Of a stretch of 57,577 bases of DNA, positions 1 through 8,030 are shown one piece after another. The stretch lies in assembly GCA_027420455.1 (NCBI GenBank), contig DAIBJA010000025.1, positions 1 to 57,577 on the forward strand. Reading direction: 5' to 3'. Position 1 is the stretch's first letter, and every line of letters starts with the position of its first letter. The notes below the pieces were generated by a model. That model had not been told where the DNA came from. It saw only the letters and a list, made by a program, of their open reading frames with translations, and ran no database searches. Source of the stretch: Clostridia bacterium (GTDB lineage Bacteria > Bacillota > Sulfobacillia > JAJZYS01 > JAJYTV01). The position numbers were made by a program, and so were the translations under genes.

Positions 1-809
1 ACGATCTGCGGTCCGCAGCCCGGGATCAGCCCGACGGCGGCCGCGAGCAGGACGTCGATCAGGACGTTTCCTTGCAGCATCTGGACGAGGATGCCGCCCG
101 ACAGCGCGTTGCCCAGTTGGAAGAGGACGTCGGCCGCCACCACCCAGATGATGATCTCCGCGGCGTCGCGCACGGACGACTGGAGCGCCTGCCATAGCGG
201 CGTGGAGGGCACCGGTGCCGGCGGCAGCCTTAGCATGACGACGCCGAGCAGGACCAGCACAACGCCAACGCCTCCGGCCAGGGCGACTGCGTGAGGCAGC
301 AGCATGGCGCCCAGGAGACCGACCACCAACAGGGCCGGCCACAGCACCACCGCCCACATCGGCAGGCGGTTCGGCACCGGGCAACTGAAGTTTGCGTCGT
401 CCAACCGCAGGAACTTCGCGGCTACGCTCGATTGCACCAGGTAGCCGAACGCTGCTCCCACCGCCGCAACGATCAGGGTAAGTCCCAGCGTATCGAGAGG
501 TTTGGCGCTCCAAAGCACGAACGCCGCGTCGCCCAGTGTGGCGACATGCGCAGCGTAGAGTGTCCCGGCCGTCACCGCCCCCAGGCCATACAGGCGTGTC
601 ATGGTGATGCTGCCGGCACAGCCTGGAACAGCCGACGCCAGGGCTCCCAGCGCGGGCTGAAGGCCCCGTGTCTTTGCGAAGAGTCGTTCGAAGTTTAGAT
701 ACCCTGCGGCTTCTATATACGCTACAGCAAAGAGCAGTACGGCAACCGGTAGCGCGACGCTAATTAGAGCATCCTTCGATGTCACAAGAGTTAACTGGAC
801 CAAATGCAC
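1..809 (-). CDS. Putative manganese transporter (DUF2899-like membrane protein), 3' end beyond window edge
   Basis: Not in the ORF track. Hand translation of the minus strand gives an open frame from GTG 809 (SD GGGGTGGGG) to position 1: MHLVQLTLVTSKDALISVALPV...QPALGALASAVPGCAGSI...ATLGDAAFVL...AAAVGLIPGCGPQIV. The twin PGC motifs and GDAAF are what I recognise from this family. Confidence 0.75.
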   Translation of the reverse strand, partial: MHLVQLTLVTSKDALISVALPVAVLLFAVAYIEAAGYLNFERLFAKTRGLQPALGALASAVPGCAGSITMTRLYGLGAVTAGTLYAAHVATLGDAAFVLWSAKPLDTLGLTLIVAAVGAAFGYLVQSSVAAKFLRLDDANFSCPVPNRLPMWAVVLWPALLVVGLLGAMLLPHAVALAGGVGVVLVLLGVVMLRLPPAPVPSTPLWQALQSSVRDAAEIIIWVVAADVLFQLGNALSGGILVQMLQGNVLIDVLLAAAVGLIPGCGPQI

Positions 810-898
810 TCTGTCCCCACCCCGAGATACAAGTTCGTCACGCCTAGATAGATATGACGGACACCCTTGCATTGCTACGGTAGTGCGGGACAGTGTAC

Positions 899-968
899 TT
901 AGGACAGACTAAAAGTTAAGCGGCGCACACCATTTTTGTTTGCGCCGCTTTCGTTTAGGCTATCCTAA
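899..968. promoter_or_regulatory. Two DtxR/MntR/SirR-like operator palindromes
   Basis: TTAGGACAGACTAA (899-912) and TTAGGCTATCCTAA (955-968) match the TTAGG-N4-CCTAA core and lie upstream of the putative Mn transporter. Confidence 0.55.
911..950 (-). terminator. Probable intrinsic terminator of purA
   Basis: 10-bp stem AAGCGGCGCA/TGCGCCGCTT (918-950), followed by AACTTTT on the minus strand, about 30 bp after the purA stop. Confidence 0.6.
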
Positions 969-978
969 CTCAGAATTA

Positions 979-2259
979 CTAGAACAGTTCCTCGACGTAA
1001 ATCGTCTCACCCTGGTCGCGACCCACCGATATCACGGCAGCCTTCGCGTGGGTGATCTGCTCGATGCGCTGAACGTAGCGTTCGAGGCTGTGCGGAATCT
1101 CGTTGCGGTGCGCTGGCGTACCAAGTTCGCCCCAACCGTCGAGTTCCTCGTAGATCGGCTTGCATCTGGCGAAGTCCCTGAGGGTCGCAGGCGGATCCTC
1201 GATCCGCCGACCATCCAGGTCGTACGCGACGGCGATCTTGATCTTGTCGAAGCCGGCCAGGACGTCCACCGAATTGATGGCCAGGTGCGTCAGCCCGTTG
1301 ATCCTCGCCGCATAGCCCAGGAGGACGCCGTCGACCCAACCGATGCGCCGTGGGCGGCCGGTGGTCGTGCCATACTCCTTGCCCCGCTCGCGGATCGCGT
1401 CGCCCTGCTCGTTCAAAAGCTCCGTCGGGAAGGGCCCGTCGCCCACCCGGGAGGTGTACGCCTTGAGCACACCGAGCACCTTGTCGATCTTGGTCGGTCC
1501 GACTCCGGATCCGATCGTCACGCCACCCGCGACCGGGTGCGACGAGGTCACGTAGGGATAGGTGCCGTGGTCCACGTCGAGGAGCGAGCCCTGAGCCCCT
1601 TCGAAGACCACGCGCTCGCCCGCGTCGATCGCCTCGTTGACCAGGCGCGCGGTGTCGGCGACGTACGGCCGCAGGCGCTCGGCGTATCCGAGGTACTCCT
1701 CGTAGACGGCGGCCGCGGACAGGGGTTCCTGGCCGTAGACCTTCTGCAGGAGGTCGTTCTTGAGAGCGACATTCTCCTCGATCATCTCGCGCAGGCCCTC
1801 GGGATCGAGGAGGTCCGCGACGCGGATGCCGAGGCGAGCGTTCTTGTCCATGTAAGCTGGCCCGATGCCGCGGCGCGTCGTGCCGATGCGCCGAAGTCCG
1901 CGCCGATCCTCGTCGAGGCCGTCTAGCATCCTGTGGTACGGCATGATGAGGTGCGCACGGTCGGAGAGGATGAGACGGCTGGTGTCCACGCCTTCGGATC
2001 GCAGGTAGTCGATCTCCTGCAACAGGACCTCGGGGTCCACGACGACGCCGTTGCCGATGACGCTTGTGCATTCGGGATATAGGACGCCGGACGGAACGAT
2101 GTGCACGCGGAAGACCTTGCCGCCTACGACGACCGTGTGCCCCGCGTTGTTGCCGCCCTGCGTGCGAACCACCATGTGTGCCTGACGGGCTAGGTAGTGG
2201 CTGACCTTTCCCTTGCCTTCGTCGCCGAACTGGGCGCCGACCACCGCGATGGCTGGCAC
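979..2259 (-). CDS. purA: Adenylosuccinate synthetase
   Basis: GAQFGDEGKGK, QGGNNAGHT, FEGAQG, GTYPYVTSS and GTTTGRPRRIGW motifs. GTG start at 2259 after GAGGAGG. Confidence 0.98.
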   Translation of the reverse strand: MPAIAVVGAQFGDEGKGKVSHYLARQAHMVVRTQGGNNAGHTVVVGGKVFRVHIVPSGVLYPECTSVIGNGVVVDPEVLLQEIDYLRSEGVDTSRLILSDRAHLIMPYHRMLDGLDEDRRGLRRIGTTRRGIGPAYMDKNARLGIRVADLLDPEGLREMIEENVALKNDLLQKVYGQEPLSAAAVYEEYLGYAERLRPYVADTARLVNEAIDAGERVVFEGAQGSLLDVDHGTYPYVTSSHPVAGGVTIGSGVGPTKIDKVLGVLKAYTSRVGDGPFPTELLNEQGDAIRERGKEYGTTTGRPRRIGWVDGVLLGYAARINGLTHLAINSVDVLAGFDKIKIAVAYDLDGRRIEDPPATLRDFARCKPIYEELDGWGELGTPAHRNEIPHSLERYVQRIEQITHAKAAVISVGRDQGETIYVEELF

Positions 2260-2297
2260 TCTACCGCCTCCTCGAGTCGGCCTAACGGGCCGCCGCA

Positions 2298-2335
2298 AGG
2301 ATAGCAGAGCCCCTTGACCGGTGTCAAAGGGCTCT
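2298..2335 (-). promoter_or_regulatory. Sigma-A-like purA promoter embedded in an inverted repeat
   Basis: Minus strand TTGACA (2327-2322), 18 bp, TGcTATCCT (-10 at 2303-2298). Overlapped by the near-perfect inverted repeat AGAGCCCCTTGAC-CGGT-GTCAAAGGGCTCT. Confidence 0.5.
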
Positions 2336-2367
2336 TGGCATGGGCGACGGGAGTCCGGGAGCGCCTC

Positions 2368-3717
2368 TCAGCGCGGCTCTTCCACCTCGCGCAGATCGAA
2401 GCGTCCGTATTCCTTCTGGAAGTGGAGGTACACCTTCCCGACCGGACCGTTGCGCTGCTTCGCGATGTTGATCTGGGCGATGTTCTGCTGCTCGGGCGGC
2501 AGTTCCTGGTTGTAATAGTCGTCGCGGTAGATGAACGCCACCACGTCCGCGTCCTGTTCGATCGCCCCGGACTCCCTCAGGTCGGACAGCATGGGCTGCT
2601 TGTCCTGCCTGGACTCGACAGCGCGCGAGAGCTGCGAGAGAGCCACGACCGGCACGCTGAGCTCACGCGCCAGGGCCTTCAGAGACCTCGAGATCGCGGA
2701 GATCTCCTGCTGGCGGTTCTCCGTGCGGTTTCGTGCCTCCATCAGCTGCAGATAGTCGATCAGGATGAGACCGATGTGGTGCTCCGCCTTGAGACGCCTC
2801 GCCCTGGCGCGAAGGTCGAGGGCGGTGAGCGACGGCGTGTCGTCGATGAAGATCGGCGCACTCGAAAGCCGGTCGACGGCCAGGGCGAAGTTCTTCCACT
2901 CGTCGTCGCTCATGCGTCCAGTGCGCAGGTTGTTCTGGTTGATGAAACCCTCCGAGCAGACGAGGCGCAGGGCCAGCTGTTCGCGCGACATCTCGAGCGA
3001 GAAGACCGCGACCGGCACCCCTTCGACCGCCGCGTTGCGGGCGAGGTTCAACGCAAACGCCGTCTTGCCCATCGACGGGCGTGCCGCGACGATGATCAGA
3101 TCGGCCGGCTGCAGACCCGCCGTCAGCTCGTCGAGGCGAGGAAAACCTGTCCGCACGCCCGTGACCCCGCCGCCCTCGCGGTAAATCGAATTCATCTTGC
3201 CGATCGTCTCGAGCAGCACGTCCTTGAGCGGCGCGTAGCTGCGGGTGCTGCGGCTCTGGGCGATCTGGAAGATCTTCGCCTCGGCCTCGTCCAGAAGCTC
3301 GTCCGCCGGCAACTGCGGGTCAAAGCCGCGCGCGACGATTTCGGTGCCGGCGCGGATCACCTGGCGGGCCAGGGAACGGTCGCGCACCATCTGCGCGTAG
3401 CGCTCGACGTGCGCCGCCGTCGCCACGCCGGCGGCCAGGGACGTGAGATAGGCGATGCCACCAGCGGCCTCGAGCCTGCCGGTCTTGCGCAGTTCCTCGG
3501 AGAGGGTCACGAGGTCGATCGGCTCGCTGCGCTCGAAGAGCGTCAGCATGGACTCGTAGATGGCGCGGTTGGCTTCGCGGTAGAAGTCCTCCGGCTGCAG
3601 GATGGTGAGCGCCTGCGGAATGGCCTCCGTCTCGATCAGCATCGAGCCGAGCACTCCGCGCTCGGCCTCGATGCTCTGGGGTGGTGTGCGGCCTACGGCG
3701 GCCTCAGGCGTTGCCAC
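2368..3717 (-). CDS. dnaB: Replicative DNA helicase (DnaB; DnaC in B. subtilis naming)
   Basis: PPQSIEAE N-terminus, AARPSMGKT Walker A, IDYLQL, SDLRESGAIEQDAD, KQRNGP. No intein. Confidence 0.98.
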   Translation of the reverse strand: MATPEAAVGRTPPQSIEAERGVLGSMLIETEAIPQALTILQPEDFYREANRAIYESMLTLFERSEPIDLVTLSEELRKTGRLEAAGGIAYLTSLAAGVATAAHVERYAQMVRDRSLARQVIRAGTEIVARGFDPQLPADELLDEAEAKIFQIAQSRSTRSYAPLKDVLLETIGKMNSIYREGGGVTGVRTGFPRLDELTAGLQPADLIIVAARPSMGKTAFALNLARNAAVEGVPVAVFSLEMSREQLALRLVCSEGFINQNNLRTGRMSDDEWKNFALAVDRLSSAPIFIDDTPSLTALDLRARARRLKAEHHIGLILIDYLQLMEARNRTENRQQEISAISRSLKALARELSVPVVALSQLSRAVESRQDKQPMLSDLRESGAIEQDADVVAFIYRDDYYNQELPPEQQNIAQINIAKQRNGPVGKVYLHFQKEYGRFDLREVEEPR

Positions 3718-3720
3718 GGC

Positions 3721-4164
3721 CTAGGCTCGGACGACGGTGATGCGCAGGCGCGCCGTCACCTTGGCGTGCGGGCGCACCTCGACGACATATTCCCCAAGCT
3801 GGCGGATGGGCGCCGCGATCTCGATGCGGCGCTTGTCGACCTCGACGCCCTGCTGCGCGAGGGCCGACGCGATGTCCTGCGCCGTCACCGAGCCGAACGG
3901 CTTGCCGTTCTCCCCCACCTTGAGCTTCAGCTCGATCGCCATCGCGGAGATGCGCTCACCGAGTGCCTGCGCTTCCTGGAGTAGCCTGTCCTGGCGCCCT
4001 TGCGCCTTGCGCTGCTCCACCTGCGCCTGCTTCATGCGCCCCTCGGACAGATCGTCGGCAAGGCCGCGCGGGAACAGGAAGTTGCGGGCGTAGCCGTCTG
4101 CGACTTTGACGATCTCCCCGCGCTTGCCAAGATTCTTAACGTCTTCGCGCAAGATCACCTGCAT
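3721..4164 (-). CDS. rplI: 50S ribosomal protein L9
   Basis: MQVILREDVKNLGKRGEIVKVADGYARNFLFP. Canonical position upstream of dnaB. Confidence 0.97.
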   Translation of the reverse strand: MQVILREDVKNLGKRGEIVKVADGYARNFLFPRGLADDLSEGRMKQAQVEQRKAQGRQDRLLQEAQALGERISAMAIELKLKVGENGKPFGSVTAQDIASALAQQGVEVDKRRIEIAAPIRQLGEYVVEVRPHAKVTARLRITVVRA

Positions 4165-4201
4165 GCTGTCCGGCCGCGCGAGCGCGGCCACACCTCCCGC
4201 C

Positions 4202-5110
4202 TTAGCTAGTTGTGGAACCGCGAATCCGACGTAGGTCGATGAAGACGTCGAGAATGCCGATCCAGATCAGGAGCTCCGCGAAGGCCGGCGTCAGGAGCAG
4301 GATTCCGAGTACGACGACCCGGATCACCGGCGGGATGCCGAGGCGCGCGAGCCAGAAGCTCAGGATGGCGAGCCCGATGACCAGGAGCGGAACTTCGCTC
4401 CACAGGACCGCAAATCCGATCCAGCGCTGCACGTCCGTCGAGAGCCCGAGCAGCCCCGAGCCAAGCTGCGCCGCGAAAAGTGCGAGGTAGATCGGCGGTA
4501 GCCATTCCGGCGCCGTCCACCTGAGGAATGGCCGGACCTCTGGAAGGCCGCGGCGACGCGCCAGCAGGGTCCAACGGGTGAAGTAGAAGCCCTCGAACAG
4601 CATGAAACCGCCATAGAGCGGCGCGACGGCCGGCAACATCGCCCCCACCTGCGCCGTGATGCTGCGCACCTCGCGCGCTGGCAGGCCGAACATCTGCCCG
4701 AGGGCATGTGCCTGCTGCGCGCTGATCTGCAGTTGCTGCCCTCCGAAGAGGGTTGGGAGCATGAAGTAGCAGGCGACTGCGGCCGTGGCGAGCAGGAAGG
4801 CCGGACCCACCTGCCTCAAAAGTGGCGCCGCTCGCCGCATCTCGGCTCCCAGGACCGCCGCCGCGAGGAAGAGTAGTGCGGCCGGTACACTCACGGCCCC
4901 GCCCAGCAGCAGGACGACCAACAGTCCGACCGCCGCCGCGATCAGCGACTCCAGCACCCCGTCCTCGAACGCGACGACGGCTATGGGCAGCAGCGCCGCT
5001 CCGCCCAGGAGCACCGGAAGGAGGACAAAGTAGCCGAGACCCGCGAGCGCGCCCCAGCCAAACCAGGCCGCGACTCGGCGCCATGCGGCCTGCCGCTCAG
5101 GTGTTGCCAT
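4202..5110 (-). CDS. DUF2232/YybS-family membrane protein
   Basis: Multi-TM protein ending in GILDVFIDLRR, located between rpsR and rplI as in other Bacillota. Start at ATG 5110 is inferred. Confidence 0.75.
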   Translation of the reverse strand: MATPERQAAWRRVAAWFGWGALAGLGYFVLLPVLLGGAALLPIAVVAFEDGVLESLIAAAVGLLVVLLLGGAVSVPAALLFLAAAVLGAEMRRAAPLLRQVGPAFLLATAAVACYFMLPTLFGGQQLQISAQQAHALGQMFGLPAREVRSITAQVGAMLPAVAPLYGGFMLFEGFYFTRWTLLARRRGLPEVRPFLRWTAPEWLPPIYLALFAAQLGSGLLGLSTDVQRWIGFAVLWSEVPLLVIGLAILSFWLARLGIPPVIRVVVLGILLLTPAFAELLIWIGILDVFIDLRRIRGSTTS

Positions 5111-5450
5111 GTGTTTCGAAGTGTTGCTCCAACGCGCTGAGGTCCCCGTACGCCCGTTCCACCTCGTGGCCGGACAGAGCGAGTTCGCGCGCCCGCATGG
5201 CCACCCGCGCCTCGATCTGCGCAAATGGCACCCCCAGCCTGCGCCCGAGGACATAGGTTGTGAGCACGATCGACGCGAGGGCGTCGGTCATCGCGTCCTG
5301 CGAGCTTAGCGCCACCGCCTTGAACAGCGCGGCCACACCGCCCACGAGCTCCGCTTTGAGCCAATCCATGATCTTCAGATGCCGGGCGAGCGTTTGGCTC
5401 TGGCCGAACGGCGGCACGTACGTCATCCTCTCTGCGGCCTTCTTCGTCAC
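5097..5450 (-). CDS. MazG-like family protein
   Basis: LARHLKIMDWLKAELV...DALASIVLTTYVLGRRLG...HEVERAYGDLS pattern. Usual position after rpsR in Clostridia-like genomes. Start uncertain (5450 or 5426). Confidence 0.75.
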   Translation of the reverse strand: MTKKAAERMTYVPPFGQSQTLARHLKIMDWLKAELVGGVAALFKAVALSSQDAMTDALASIVLTTYVLGRRLGVPFAQIEARVAMRARELALSGHEVERAYGDLSALEQHFETHGNT

Positions 5451-5490
5451 GTCGGGTTGGCCATCCTCCCGCTACGAAGGCCGTAGTGCT

Positions 5491-5520
5491 GGAAGGGAGG
5501 CGCCGTGGCGCCTCCCTTCC
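5491..5520 (-). terminator. Strong hairpin after rpsR
   Basis: Perfect inverted repeat GGAAGGGAGGCGCC-GT-GGCGCCTCCCTTCC right after the rpsR stop. No U-tract. Confidence 0.55.
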
Positions 5521-5525
5521 GGATG

Positions 5526-5756
5526 TCAGTCGATGGTGAACGGCAGGAGCGCGAGGTTGCGTGCCCGCTTGATCGCCACGGTCAACTGGCGCTGGTGATG
5601 CGCGCAGTTGCCGCTGATGCGTCGCGGCAGGATCTTGCCACGCTCCGTAATGTATCGCCTGAGCTTCTGGGCCTCGCGGTAATCCACCTCGACAACCTTG
5701 TCGACGCAGAAGCTGCAGACGCGCCGCTTCGAGCGGCGTCCGCGCTCTCGGCGCAT
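5526..5756 (-). CDS. rpsR: 30S ribosomal protein S18 (Zn-binding type)
   Basis: CSFC...[27 protein letters not shown]. Confidence 0.98.
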   Translation of the reverse strand: MRRERGRRSKRRVCSFCVDKVVEVDYREAQKLRRYITERGKILPRRISGNCAHHQRQLTVAIKRARNLALLPFTID

Positions 5757-5774
5757 CGCGTCATCTCCTTTTGA

Positions 5775-6191
5775 TCAGAACGGAACCGGTTCGTCGTCCT
5801 CACCGAAGTCCTCGGGCTCGGCGCTGTAGGGGTCGCCCTCCACCTCGCCACCACCCGGACCACCGGAGGTGCCTGGACGGTCGAGGAACCGCACATCGTC
5901 CGCGACGACCTCGTAGACCCGCCGCCGCTGGCCATCTTGGCCATCGAAGGATCGGACCTCGAGGCGTCCTTCCACCGCGATCAGACGCCCCTTCTTGAGG
6001 TGCGCCGCGCAGGTCTCGGCCAGCTTGCGCCAGGCCCGCAGATCGATGAAGTCGGTCTCGCGCTCGCCCTGCTGATTGGCGAACGGCCGCTGCACCGCGA
6101 TCGACATCCGCACGGATGCGATTCCGCTCGGGGTGTAGCGCATTTCCGGGTCGCGCACAAGCCGGCCGATCAGGATCACGCGGTTCAGCAT
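5775..6191 (-). CDS. ssb: Single-stranded DNA-binding protein
   Basis: MLNRVILIGRLVRDPEMRYT and acidic C-terminal DDEPVPF. Lies between rpsF and rpsR. Confidence 0.98.
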   Translation of the reverse strand: MLNRVILIGRLVRDPEMRYTPSGIASVRMSIAVQRPFANQQGERETDFIDLRAWRKLAETCAAHLKKGRLIAVEGRLEVRSFDGQDGQRRRVYEVVADDVRFLDRPGTSGGPGGGEVEGDPYSAEPEDFGEDDEPVPF

Positions 6192-6206
6192 CGGCCGCCC
6201 TCCTTT

Positions 6207-6791
6207 CTACTCCTCGGCAGGTTCCTGGGCTGCTTCGGGCTCCGCAGGAGCCGGCGCAGCCACGGTGCTCTCCGTCGCAGGCTCGATGCTCTCCGACGTA
6301 GGCTCGGTGCTCTCCGGCGTAGGCTCGGTGGTCTCCGTCGCAGGCTCGGCTTCCTGGGCCTGCGCGGCCTGTGCAGCCTGGATCTCGCTGCGGCGAACCG
6401 GCAGGCCGGGGCTCTGCCTCTCTCCGGCGGGAACAGGGCCGCTGCGGACGCCGTCGGTCCGCGGTCCAGCCTCAGGCATCGGGGTAGGCTTGGGCGGATT
6501 CGGACGCGGCCGAATGACGACGAGGTGCCGAAGCACGTTCTCGTCGATGCGCAGAAGCCGGTCCAGTTCGGCGTTCGCCGTGGACTCGGCCGTGAAGGGC
6601 ACGAAGACGTAGATCCCTTCCTGCTGATCGTTGATCTCATAGGCCAGCCTGCGCTTGCCCCATACGTTCGGCTCCTCTACGGCGCCGCCGTGACGTTCAA
6701 TCACCTGACGGTAGCGCGTCAGCACCGCCGCCTGACGCTCTTCGTCCAGCTCGGGGCGCAGGACGAGCGCCATTTCGTACTCCTTGGCCAT
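6207..6791 (-). CDS. rpsF: 30S ribosomal protein S6 with about 100-aa C-terminal extension
   Basis: KEYEMALVLRP, WGKRRLAYEI, ELDRLLRIDENVLRHL. ATG 6791 after GGAGGTG. Pro/Glu/Thr-rich tail. Confidence 0.95.
   Translation of the reverse strand: MAKEYEMALVLRPELDEERQAAVLTRYRQVIERHGGAVEEPNVWGKRRLAYEINDQQEGIYVFVPFTAESTANAELDRLLRIDENVLRHLVVIRPRPNPPKPTPMPEAGPRTDGVRSGPVPAGERQSPGLPVRRSEIQAAQAAQAQEAEPATETTEPTPESTEPTSESIEPATESTVAAPAPAEPEAAQEPAEE
6264..6347. repeat. Four imperfect 21-bp tandem repeats in the rpsF tail
   Basis: ggtgctctccgtcgcaggctc / gatgctctccgacgtaggctc / ggtgctctccggcgtaggctc / ggtggtctccgtcgcaggctc, encoding EPATETT-EPTPEST-EPTSESI-EPATEST. Confidence 0.9.
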
Positions 6792-6803
6792 AATCTCTCT
6801 TTT

Positions 6804-6872
6804 CACCTCCTCCCCTTGGACACGCCTTGCGCATGCGCAAAGCGAGGCTCCGGTGTTCCGGAGCGGGGAGCG
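6804..6872 (-). ncRNA. S6:S18 ribosomal protein leader (cis-regulatory RNA)
   Basis: Minus strand CTCCCC-[GCTCCGG aaca CCGGAGC]-...-GTCCAA-GGGGAG-GAGGTG. The outer stem reaches into the SD region. Preceded by an extended -10 TGcTATACT. Confidence 0.65.
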
Positions 6873-6917
6873 CAAGAAGTATAGCAGACAGGCAGAAAGA
6901 CGGCAATGCCGCGCATT

Positions 6918-7133
6918 CTAGACCGTGGACCCGGGCCCTCGCGAGATGAAGGCCCGAATCCGCTGTTCAAGCTTGATTCGCGGCACGAAGACGTGCCGGC
7001 CGCACTTGGTGCAGCGGATGCCGATGTCGGCGCCGGTGCGGGTGATCTCCCAGGTATCGTTGCCGCATGGGTGAGGTTTGCGCGTGCGGACAACGTCGCC
7101 GACGCGCAACTCGAGCGGCGGTCGAGGGCTCAT
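6918..7133 (-). CDS. DUF951 (YyzM-like) protein
   Basis: VGDVVRTRKPHPCGNDTWEITRTGADIGIRCTKCGR. ATGA overlap with the cvpA-family gene. Confidence 0.9.
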   Translation of the reverse strand: MSPRPPLELRVGDVVRTRKPHPCGNDTWEITRTGADIGIRCTKCGRHVFVPRIKLEQRIRAFISRGPGSTV

Positions 7134-7705
7134 GGCAGCTTCTCCAGGATCGGCGCGAAGTGCTGACCGAGATGCCAGAGCTGCGTCGCCCACGACGCGT
7201 CGACGATGTAGGGCGACAGGCTGCCGAGCATGCCCGAATGGGCGAGCGGCTCCAGGAGCAGCAGCAGGGCGGCCACCACGACAACGTTCTCGAGCGCCCC
7301 GAAAACGCCTCCGGCGAGTCGGTTCATCGGTCCGATGAGGGGCAGGTGATTGGGCAGGCGTCCGATCGTGCCAGCGACCACGCCGATCACGGCTTCCGCG
7401 GCGAACATGATCGCCAGGAAGGCGATGGCCCCCACCACGGCCGCGGCCGTCAGGTGCAGGACCGTACCACCGCCGAGAAGCGCGGTCCCGGCCGGAGCGA
7501 CACGGCCCAGTTCCATCTGGATCGCGTGCTGCAGGTGCCAGTGGCGGTCCATGAAGGTCGCGAGCTGCCCGTAGAAGACGCGCGCGACCACAATGGCCAG
7601 GATGAAGCCGGCAAGGCCCGCAGCCATCGCAAGCAGTCCACGTCCCCAGCCACGCAAGGCGCCCAGGGCAACATAGCAGAGCACCACGATGTCGAACGGC
7701 TGCAT
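7130..7705 (-). CDS. CvpA (colicin V production) family membrane protein
   Basis: FDIVVLCYVALGALRGWGRGL and NRLAGGVFG motifs, with several TM segments. Confidence 0.85.
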   Translation of the reverse strand: MQPFDIVVLCYVALGALRGWGRGLLAMAAGLAGFILAIVVARVFYGQLATFMDRHWHLQHAIQMELGRVAPAGTALLGGGTVLHLTAAAVVGAIAFLAIMFAAEAVIGVVAGTIGRLPNHLPLIGPMNRLAGGVFGALENVVVVAALLLLLEPLAHSGMLGSLSPYIVDASWATQLWHLGQHFAPILEKLP

Positions 7706-7709
7706 CGAG

Positions 7710-8030
7710 TCACCCCCTGCGCAGCGGTCGCCAAAGGTCTACGAAGGGCCAAGCGAGGGCCGGCAAGAGCGGCGAAGGCGCATGTCCGTGCCCGAAGGCG
7801 CGCACGGCGAGCAGCATGATCACGCCAAGGGCAAGAGCCGTGAGGAGATCGCCAAGGTAGACCCGCGAATGGTGGGGCGGCAGATTCCAGAGCTCACGGA
7901 CGGCACCTGCCGCAAGCGCGGCCGCGAGGAACGCGAGCAGGACCTGCACCGGGTAGCTCAAGGCGTGGCCGACCCAGAGGGCGAGCCACGCCGCGACGGC
8001 CGCCACCGCCAGGCGGCTCAACGCCATCAT
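7710..8030 (-). CDS. Small hypothetical membrane protein
   Basis: 106-aa hydrophobic ORF with ATGA overlap to the TPR gene stop. Fills the operon gap. Confidence 0.6.
   Translation of the reverse strand: MMALSRLAVAAVAAWLALWVGHALSYPVQVLLAFLAAALAAGAVRELWNLPPHHSRVYLGDLLTALALGVIMLLAVRAFGHGHAPSPLLPALAWPFVDLWRPLRRG

Noticed and set aside
91-698. Plus-strand ORFs 91-294 and 291-698
   Set aside because: They are antisense shadows of the minus-strand membrane protein and have no recognisable motifs.
2368-3717. Intein in dnaB (and in gyrA)
   Set aside because: Both proteins are of normal length with contiguous motifs.
5097-5450. MazG-like gene as an anti-phage or toxin-antitoxin component
   Set aside because: It occupies a conserved housekeeping position after rpsR and has no partner toxin or defence gene.
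6264-6347. Tandem repeat as a possible CRISPR array
   Set aside because: Contiguous in-frame 21-bp units with no spacers, and no cas genes in the window.
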